NCBI GenBank assembly: GCA_040954595.2
Contig: CM082581.2
Location: forward strand, 9,919,099 to 9,983,098
Direction of reading: 5' to 3'
DNA length: 64,000 nucleotides
Source of the DNA: Balanoglossus misakiensis
Lineage: Eukaryota > Animalia > Hemichordata
The translations under genes were made by a program, and so were the position numbers. Under the pieces are notes generated by a model. The model had not been told where the DNA came from and did no database searches. It was given only the letters and a program-made list of their open reading frames with translations. Positions 54,262-64,000 of this stretch are shown piece by piece. Every line of letters starts with the position of its first letter. Within the stretch, counting starts at the first letter, position 1.

Positions 54262-57200
54262 CTACAACGGTGAAAAAAACAACGTTGGGAAGGAAACTTG
54301 GAAGAATATTATGAATTGGGTGGGTGTAACCTCACCTATATCCAAAAGCAAATATTTACATATCTTTAAAGATCTCGGCAGCTGATGTTTAGAGCCACTA
54401 ATACTTCAACGCCACCTGCCCCGGGGATTGGTGCCACTCATTGTTAAAGAGGTTCGGCTGCACGAGAATGGCTCCATTAGGATATAGATTTCACGATAGG
54501 TTGTTGGCCCACAAACAAGTAAGCCCTAATGCTGTTTTGTCGCCCTGGCAACCGTCACGTGACACAACACCACGATAACAAAACCCAACCAGCAAGAAAA
54601 CAAACACCAATGAGGTTCGGATTTAATGAAACACACACATGACGAAAAACAAGTTGTTTTCGACGGCGGGGAGTGTTTGTCTCATCACACCTGCTGTGCA
54701 TAAAATACCTGTGAAATTACAGCATTGCTTAAAATAAAGGGATAACGGTTCTTTGACTAGTGATATACTTTTGACATGATTCCACTCAGTTAATGATCAT
54801 CGCATTAGACCGAGTCAGGCACTTGTACTGACACTTTCACTGGACACACTTCGGCAGTTGAACAAAGTGTTTCACAGTTCCAAGACACGTAAGCGGTTCT
54901 GGACCTTTCCTGGTCTCTATGCTCTGTTTACAGTGACACCCATTCCAGTACAACACTGCATACTAGTCCCTATACCCAGACTATCCGCGCACTATTTCTC
55001 AGAATATTATTACTATGGGACCAAAAACGGTGATTCTGGAACCTGTATATCAAATCATCCCCCCCCCCCCGTCTCCGGTTGAAACCGTACCCATCATCGT
55101 GCTTATTCACACACGCTCTTTCTTTCACGTAGCTTATAGGCAGACGTGTCGTGTAAAAATACATTTTTTAGAATCGAGGAAATGACGCTAATAGTGAAAA
55201 GAGACAAAAAGGCGGATACTGGGGCAGGTTTTCCATAACGCCGTCCGCTGCAGTGAAAACGGGCAAGGATCAGTAAAGTTGGTTTGTTTTTGCGTTTGAA
55301 TTGTTTGTAGTATGACAGTCCCGGCAAACCCTATGCGTTCTCCCTGGGAGAACAGGCCGTAAACATAAATCTCTTCTGCAATCAATCCGCTTGTACTTTA
55401 CAAGTTAACATCAATATTTTTCCCTTAATGGTCTTCGCTCTTCGCCCAAGCACTCCCAATATCCGCGTTTAAGAAGGTCGGCGGGAGGAATAAATCTGGT
55501 CAATTTTCCTCTCAATGAAACTTTGCACTGGTCATATATATAAGCCCTGGCAGGTAACGGTTGCGCAAGTTTGGTTCCAGTCATAAGATTTAAAGCCACC
55601 AGACGCTCAGTAGCCAAAGCACTTAAATTAGCCATCTATTTTTGGACGGAACGACTAAAAATGTTTCAGGAAGTCATGAACGATTGCTTATTGTTTTAGC
55701 TACCGACAGTAACATTTTGGAATGGGGAGAAAACCAATGGGGTCAAGGGACTGTCCCCCGAGGTCATACTACAAGGGATTGATATCAAATTTTATGTTTC
55801 CCCAAGTCTCGAGAAGTCCGACGGTAAAACATTAAATACACGGATTAGTAAATCCTGGCGGGAAGTTTAATTTTGATCGCAGGGGATGGTTTTAATTCGT
55901 CTCAAGAGAACGGGTTCGCGTGCTTGCATTTTACCTTACATGCAATAACCCTAAAGTGGTTCTTGCAAAAAAAGCGGCCATCCAACACAGACTTATTTCT
56001 GATCGTGACGCAGTTTGGGAAGTCAGCGGGAACTTGTGGAAAAGTACGAAAGAGATGGGAACAGTCCTACAGAGCTTTGTTCAACCGAATGGAAGAAGGC
56101 TGGATCCTGGTGAACAAGAGAATGTGGCATTTGTCAGACTGGTGCACGGGTGTCCAAACCCGCACAGCGGTAAATATATCAATACATGGTTCGTTGGTCA
56201 AGACCACGTTGGCTTTTCTACGTTTTTTGGCACAGACCATGAAAGGCACGGCAATGGGCCCATGTGAGAATTGTTTTCTTTCAAGCGGTGCTTGTGGACG
56301 TTTACAAAGTAAAAAGACACCTAAATGAGCTCATTGGCGAAATACGACCTACTTGGATTTATCTGCAGTGATCTTGCCTCAAAAGTACAATGGTGCAATT
56401 TAGCTTTTAAAAGACACTCAGTTGGTCCTAGATTTCTAGTGGGTTCTATTACACCTGGGCAACACTGGTGGGCAGTGCTTCTGAGGGAAATCGAGAACTT
56501 TCGATAGCGATTCAAGTACTTCTTCCTGAAGGCTGGGGCTTCTGTGCGTTATTTTCTCGTTCTGGATAGCTTCCCCCATGGACGAAGCTCCGCCTCGGCT
56601 GATCGCATTGCACGGACTCCGGCCCCCTTTCATTCACACTTCCCGAGACTTCAAACGTGCGGAACGAGATAATCTTGGACGGAGCACGTTTCATTTCACG
56701 TTTCGCACACGCAGAGTGGTTTTCGGTATCGTCCATTGTGGGGACACTCCACGTTGAGAGTTTTGCGGGTTATAAAAAAATCTACGGCTCGAGTCCGACA
56801 TGCGCGCCATCTTACCCTGATCTAGTTCAGTAACCAAGGTGACGGGCATGCGGACGCCCCGGATGCGGGATGGACGTAGATCAATGATGGCGACGCTTCA
56901 CCTTTTCCGAAATACTACATTATTTAAAAACACCAAGACTAGAACATCACATAGGCGAGTACACACTTTCTTAGAGCAACACATTCTCTCATTACAGTCA
57001 CGAAAGTTAGAAATCATTGCCTCTTAATGCCACGTAGAAAGGTCACAATGTCCACAAATATAAGTTATGGAGGTTAGGATATATATTAGTTTTGTTTCTG
57101 GACTAGTCGTATCACGTTTCCGAACACAGAGTATGGCGAGTGATGAAACTTTGGACAGACTGAGATTTTGAAAATGCCTTTTTGTAGGAGCCAAATGATG

Positions 57201-60200
57201 TTTGCAACTATGGGGCCCAACTTTACCATGCAAGCAATGGATTTGGACCAAACCAGGATGTCAAAAAGGGTTTAAACTAATAAAAAACAAGCTTAAACTT
57301 GCAAAAAGATATTACAGTTTTGATCGCTCCTTTGGCCGAAGATCACAGTTGCTTGTTCAAATCGGTATTTTTTTTATTTCCCTTGAGAAGTACTTTTGAA
57401 GAGTTCTCCGTATTAATACATGTACTATTAATAATCTCAGCAATCTCCATCCATCATAGGAAACATAAGGGTGCTAATTACATTGCTGAAAGTGGATCAA
57501 TATCAGCTGTTTGAGATAGCCAGGTTCTATACTTTGGCTTCCCAAGACACAGTTGGATAAAAGTATACCATTGTATAATTGTATTCCGAGAAAAGTACTG
57601 CTTTCAGTGACAGACCTACAATAACACTGCCGATCTCTGCTGGGAGGTTCGCCATGTGTGCTGGAATCTGCAAAAGTCAGCAGTGCGGTGATTTGACAAG
57701 TTTGTCATGCCATTTTCCCTATATGTATATAGGTCCCACCATTCCATCGAAAACAATATTGTTATTGATTATGTCAGACTTGTTAGCTGTTCAACGATGG
57801 CAGACATTCCTCCGCCAGCTGTCCAGATCATCATTATTAAAAACCATCTTTCATCACTGTTGATGCAATGGCAATGATTTCTGAAATTTCCAATTCATCA
57901 CCCGCGTTAAATTGGAATCATATTGCAAAGATGTGTGATGTTTTGGTGTGACTACATGCATTTTTCACCCGGGGCCTTTGTGGACCTGCAACCCCGAATA
58001 CATCACTTCTTTCCAAAGAAAAACATATTGCGAAAGGAATGTGAAGTATCTAAAAATGATACATTCATTTTTCATTCTGAATTGCCCCAATGGGCCTGTG
58101 CTTACACAAGCCAAATTCTGTTCACATTCTCGGCACCTTTTACCTCTGCTCTGCCAAACTTTCAACTCTTCTACAATTTATTCTAACATTCCTTAGGCAT
58201 CTTAGTAATGCATGTACAATTATGACAAAAGGTATGCATATTAAAACAAAGGCAACTTGGAGAATATGCTTGTCGTCCGACAACGGCTAAACACAAAGGG
58301 AGAGGGGCTCTCTCAGTGAATGTACTTTTTATAGCACGGTTCACAGATTTCTCAGAATTCTAATAATCGATGAACGCTTCACCCATCCCAAGGATCATGC
58401 CTTCCTGCACGGAACACACCATCCCCTACCGAGTCCACTTTTCATCACTTCCAAGGGTTCACAACATCTCAGTTCAAACAAACTACACAGTTTATAAACC
58501 CAAGTGGTGACTGACAAAGTTGGGGTATAGTCACTCTTGCAGTGTAAAAAACAAACCTCTTGGAAGAACTTTCAACAAATAAACCAAAGTGGTTTACTCA
58601 AAATCCCGCTGATCAACGGTCCTTCAAGCAGAGTTTAATCAAATGTTGAGTTCATTAGTGGTGCAGGCTCCCATATCTCAAAGCTCCCAGACGCTATCCA
58701 AATTTACACTTCCTAGAGGATGTATACACTCGTACAAATATTTTCTGTTCAACCACGCACCGTTAACTGGATATTCTTCAACAAAGGCATTCTATTTTTT
58801 CTGACTTCTGAAATGTTTAATTGCAGATTGAAGATTCTCACTAACAGAGTTTATCATTATTTGATTCTTACTGTTATTGTTTTTTAAATATTTAAATGTT
58901 GAATGTTTAACTATATATGGACAACCAATCAACAAATGGTGAAATGAAATCACTAAGATCTGTCATTAAAACTTAACGAGACAGTATAATCTGAAAGTCA
59001 AAAACAGGAAATGTAGTTATACATAGCACAGAATTATGAAGTAGTTGCATCATTATTTGATACTTGTTACGATTATTTTCTTTTATTTAAGTATTTTAAA
59101 TGATGATGCTGAATAATCGAATGCCATACAGATTGGTATTGGAATGCCAATTTGGAATAACTTCATCAACTAATAATATTTCGACTTCCAAGACAGTATC
59201 TCGTGATATAGTCTCAAGTTCAAGAATGGTGGCAGGGTGTTAATTTATGATATACCCTTGAGAATCTGACATGAGAATCGCGGCTGTGCTCACAAACCTC
59301 ACAACGGTTTATATACATGTAGCATCGGTCTCGGATCTCCGCGTGACATGTGACTACCCTCACGTTGGCAGCGTCTAAATGTAACCACATGGTGGACTAC
59401 CGGATGAAATATGTTTTGACTACATTAACAATTACCGTACTTGATTGGGAATGCTTTGACATTGCTCTGTTAATGACATAAATTTCACCGAATGGACGGA
59501 GCGGCGCGTGAGTTACGAGTTGGCGCGCCCGGGGTCGGCCGAGTTTGCCCGTGTCTTTCTCGCCCCCATCTCGTACTGCAGTAATGCAATTCAGATGGAA
59601 TTGAAGTTTGTTTCTCGGGGGAAGTATGCGTTTTAATGAAGTGACAACATGGATTGGCCCAGGTCAGACTAAATGTTGTACGGACACAAATCAAACTAGT
59701 AAACTGCAATAAATTAGCGAGATACATGATAGGACGCTTCCTATTGCTCAGAAACACTGTCTTAAGGTCACGCAAAGAACATGGAAATTGCCTGTCTAAA
59801 TAACTAGGCAAATCATCCACACACGACATTCGTGAATGGAGATATATATCTATGCCAAAACACAGGGAAAAAACTATGGCTGAGGAACTGAAGTTGTAAA
59901 AATCTCTGTGCAAAGAAAAGTGATAATTTGAAGCAAGACTTTCTGAATTTGAAAACCTTGGAAATATATGTGATTTGACTGTTGGCCTTTGCAAATTTAT
60001 TTTTGTGATAAACACCACATTAATAGAAAGTCGGAAGTATCGCATAACTGGCGCGGAGAGTAACAAGCCCATGTGACCCATAATATGCTTTAACACCACG
60101 ACATTTAGCCTCTGTTACATTTTTAAACTTGTCACTCGGAGGCGACGCTGTGATGAATGGTGAGCTCTTGTGTTTAGACAATTTCAAGACTCAGAAAGGG

Positions 60201-63200
60201 CATGCTGATGCTGCAATATAAACCGATGGAAAAGATGCAATGCAGTGACAGCAACTGCACTACTTAGCAGTCAGGGATTTCCAAGGGTATCAATTTGAAG
60301 CATATTCACAATGATAATTTTGTTGTTAGGATACTCTTTCTCCTTTGTTTGAAGCTTATTGAAGCAATTATGACAGATAAATCGCATTATTCAATTGTTT
60401 AGACTAAGGCTGTATAGTACGTGATCTTTGTCATTTCAAAAGCATGACTGTTCAGTTTGCAAAATTGCAGAAAAATGAAAGAAGTAGCTCAAATGAAACA
60501 GATATTTAACAAACAAGTGTTGCAAATCCATCATATATTTCTAGCGTGGCCTTTGAATTGTTATTTTGCAATACACATTACACTAATAGCAAGTAGCTAT
60601 AGCGTAGCATTAACTTTTGAAGATGGAACTGTATGTGCCACTCGCTGGCCCCTTCTAAATCTGTTTATGTAGTACAACATTCACTCCCCAGTAACCTATT
60701 TATGATGTGGGGGATCACCAATGACTCCTGTGCAAATAAATAATCAATTTTTCATTGAACTGTTTACGGCCTGTGCTATGATTTGTTTTACAGAATAATT
60801 ACCTGAATTGTCTCCTGCATGGATGGAAATATTTCGGCCAGTGCCATCTTGGAAAACTTGACTCCAGAGGGACTGAAAAATACACATAAATCTGGCGTGC
60901 CCTACGGGAAGACCAAAGTGTGTAAAGGCCGGCGTGAGAAATTAAACGACACTTCCACTGATTTATGTTGTCAGCTTTTGAAAGTTAACAGACAAGAATA
61001 CGGCCATCTGTTACATTAAAGTGTAAACTCAAGCATTTATTTGCCTGTGCTCAATCAACACACTTGAGACGCCAGGACAGCTTTACGACCAGATTAGTTC
61101 ATTAAATATCTATCGAGTAGTTTCAACTGGGTAATATGAGTATGCATAGAATAGGCAGATGCTAGGATGAATAATATTGATATGATAAAGCATAATTGTC
61201 AATTGATTACAAAGCACCAATAACAGCTATCATACTGAATGCATGTCTAAACTCAATTCTCATTTTTTTTACATTATATCTTAAATATGAAGAGGCATGA
61301 TTATGATGGAGTACATGTATTAAAACTTCACCCATTGTCTGTCTCTGTCTGTCTGTCTCTCTGTCCATCCCCTCCCTCCTTCCCTCTCCCCCCTCTCTCT
61401 CTCTCCCTCCCCCCTCCCCCCCCCCTCTCTCTCTCCCCCACACCCCTGCAGTATAACTGTTATTAATAGAATGAAGTCACACCAGCTTGAATAACTCTAC
61501 ATTACAGTGATTGCATGGACTTTTTATTTGTTAAGGTATCAAATAAACTAAACCTATGACCGCTCTCCCTTTTTTATGACATTACTATCCCCCTGGTTTA
61601 ATGGCTCACACTTCAAATTTTATGCGTCACTTTTACTAACTATTCTCATCAGCGGTTTTACGGCTGCACTGAGGATGAGAAAACGCTGACCTGTCAAAAG
61701 TCACAGCCAAATGCGCCAGAGGTACATGGGCAAATTAATTTGGTGGTAATCAGTATACCCATACCACACACCAAACTCCCAGACAATAAAACTTGGAGAA
61801 AAGCAACGATACTGACATTTCATGGCGCAAAGGCAGGGTATATAATATATCAGCAAAATGATGGCCATATCTTGTTGCACATTGATATTCAAAATGCTAT
61901 TACATATGAAATTGTTTGGCTCTGAGTGACTTGATAGAAGTGAGAGCATTCATTGAAACTAATTTATACAGCCCAAAATGAGGGAGCATCATCTCCTCAC
62001 TCTTTTCAAATGTTGCCAGGGCTTGATACAGGAAATGACTGCACAAATGTGAGGGCTCTTTTACCCAATAGACCTGTACACACAGCCATGGCTGAAAGTC
62101 CATGTACGATGTACATGATAACCTAAAACGAAGATAATAAAAATTTCAAACTGCCATCTTCCATTTCATCTGCATAAAAACATACCGTGCATAACTGGGA
62201 AGACCAACACAAGGTCAAACGGTTACTTGATAAATGTGGGTCAAAAGTAACTGGGTAATACTGCGTGTGGCCCATTGTGTTAATGGAGGGAATTTGAACA
62301 GAACACCTGCATCATCGGAGACGACTGGTTTGGCCAAAAGTTGGTGATGGAAGGGTTCACAGGCCAGCTGACCGAAATGAACTTTGCGAAGTTACCAGGG
62401 TACTCTTACCTGAAGCTCAATGATGCATTGCATGCTCTTAGAGTTATAAGTAGCTGCATGAAACAACTGAATGGATCTGCTTGGTCATGTATACACTATA
62501 CATGTATGTCTAACATTTTAAGCGCCATACATCAACCATGCAAGGTTATAATGGTGTAATTACATGTAACTTGAATTAAATTTATACCGACCTGTTTCTC
62601 TTTGTAATCTTGGAGTGCTGCTTGAAGAATTGGATGAGGTACACTTTTGTACACTTCAAGGCATTTCAGTGAAATATCTGAAGGCGTTTAAACATGGGAA
62701 AAAGTTTCAATTTTAAAGGTTGTCAACAATGGCAGAGTGACTGACAGACAGTCCCAACAGACATAATCCATGGAACTTTCAGACTGCATATATAGCTCTG
62801 CATGTCCATCAATGTATCCATCTCTCCACAGACAATAACTCAGATAATCCCTGAGCCATTTTAATATACAGGGTATATGTATCAGAACAATGTGCTTTCA
62901 CGTTACTTACTGTTGTCTGCCAAAGCCAACGGTAATGTTTCTCTTTTCAGTGTTCCACATGGAAATAACAGTGGTTTTGATTTTGGTTTTATCTCTGCCA
63001 AGAAAATCAAAACACAAAATAAATTTTACTGGTGTTTATACTGTTATTCATAATGCATTGGTCACTCCGTGTGTTAGGCTGGAACCAAAACAGCCTTCTT
63101 CATTTTGCGTGTTCACTTTATGTTCTCATTTACAGATAATATTTCGGTAACTGGACTGTTGCCTGGTCAGGCAATAGTTATCCTGTCAGGTAATAGTTCA

Positions 63201-63956
63201 GAAACTGTGAACCGATAATGTACTTTTTGTCATATCATCCCACAAATGACCCCATGTGATCATGATTCAACCAATAATAGCTCCCAGCGCAGACGAGGTG
63301 ATGTGTCATGTACAACATGGCAATTTTTTTTATACGTGAAACGATAAAATGGAAAAAAATCAAACATCTTTCTTAATGTGTGATGTATTTTAAGAAGTAC
63401 CTTCACCTGATGATAATAAACTTTGAACTACTACTATCAACTGTTTTCATTTCAGTAAACCGAATATTGTATTTATTAGTATAAAGATAATTATGGCATT
63501 TGTTGGCATGCAGATCAATTTTACATTTCCGCTGGGTCAAGACCAACTCGGGAAGACATGAAAATACACACGCATTCAGTGAAAATTGAACTTATACAGT
63601 GATCTAGTAACTTGTGGAAGCATGTAAATTTAACTTCTGAAGCAGTAGGTACACAAATATCATACCACTTCTCAGACAGCTGCTGAAAATAGCAGAAATC
63701 AGGAGAAAGTTGCAGTGTTTATACTTCTCAGGCCTGACTTTCTGAGTATATGTAACTGTGGCATGGAAACTCAAATATTTCAGTGTGAAATGCTGAAAAG
63801 TCTAACCTTGGCAGATCAATTTAGCTAAGACTTCTGCTGTCCCTGTGTCCTGTCCCCGGCACGTGTACCCAAACTTGCTGGCAGCTGAACTGGTGGCCGT
63901 GCCAACCACGTACGCTGGAACTTCCAACCACATCTGTACCAGGTCATGCTGGAATT
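54130..63956 (-). CDS. UROS: Uroporphyrinogen-III synthase, 5'-partial: join(63956..63807,62994..62911,62677..62592,60901..60803,54261..54130)
   Basis: Spliced translation xFQHDLVQMWLEVPAYVVGTATSSAASKFGYTCRGQDTGTAEVLAKLICQ-EIKPKSKPLLFPCGTLKRETLPLALADN-NISLKCLEVYKSVPHPILQAALQDYKEKQ-GTPDLCVFFSPSGVKFSKMALAEIFPSMQETIQ-WVAIGPTTRDALEKDGFKVSATAAKPSPEALLASILELKQSAQ*. It carries the HemD/UROS motifs YVVGxAT, PLLFPCG, VY, FFSPSG and AIGPTT. All introns are GT-AG and phase-compatible. Earlier exons lie beyond the window. Confidence 0.93.
60803..60901 (-). CDS. UROS: UROS penultimate coding exon (GTPDLCVFFSPSGV)
   Basis: Acceptor TCTTCCCGTAG|GGC, donor CAG|GTAATT; 99 nt, phase 0-0. Confidence 0.92.
61336..61439. 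repeat. (TGTC)-type microsatellite followed by a 72-nt pure polypyrimidine tract in a UROS intron
   Basis: 61368-61439 contains only C/T on plus, giving multiple G-runs on minus. Confidence 0.9.
62592..62677 (-). CDS. UROS: UROS internal exon (LEVYKSVPHP)
   Basis: Acceptor GCCTTCAG|AT, donor CAG|GTCGGT; 86 nt, phase 1-0. Confidence 0.88.
62911..62994 (-). CDS. UROS: UROS internal exon (PLLFPCGTLKRETLP)
   Basis: Acceptor TTTCTTGGCAG|AG, donor ACA|GTAAGT; 84 nt, phase 1-1. Confidence 0.92.
63807..63956 (-). CDS. UROS: UROS internal exon (YVVGTAT...GTAEVLAKLIC)
   Basis: Acceptor CCCTTTTAAG|AA, donor AAG|GTTAGA; 150 nt, phase 1-1. Confidence 0.9.
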
Positions 63957-64000
63957 CTTAAAAGGGTTATAATACAGAAGATGTTATAAGCTAATCTGAT

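Noticed and set aside
21437-55070. Scattered G/C homopolymer runs (e.g. ~21437, 29210, 34616, 38110, 45600, 50494, 55058) as a G-quadruplex system
   Set aside because: They show no regular spacing or shared flanks and are probably a genome-wide compositional trait.
59485-60099. 204-aa minus-strand ORF in the UROS intron
   Set aside because: GTG start and no recognisable domain. The flanking UROS exons already join in frame without it.

Overview
Eukaryotic DNA, most likely from an invertebrate animal (spliceosomal GT-AG introns, mosaic CpG content). (1) 1-~13150 is a homogeneous 88-bp satellite of ~149 monomers that is open at the left edge and ends in diverged monomers plus a 42-bp inverted copy. 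(2) A complete six-exon MMP21-type matrix metalloproteinase lies on the minus strand (24916->17122, 735 aa). Its catalytic HExxHxxGxxH motif is intact, but its structural Zn/Ca loop is remodelled and it has a 110-aa Ser/Thr-rich propeptide insert. (3) ~29 kb of CpG-rich sequence follows with no recognisable gene. (4) The last five coding exons of uroporphyrinogen-III synthase (UROS) lie on the minus strand (63956->54130); the ORF track misses all of them. The UROS->MMP21 tandem arrangement matches what I recall for human 10q26, suggesting ancient microsynteny. Homology calls come from my own translations compared with recalled human sequences; no searches were run. I found no CRISPR array, rRNA, tRNA or transposase.
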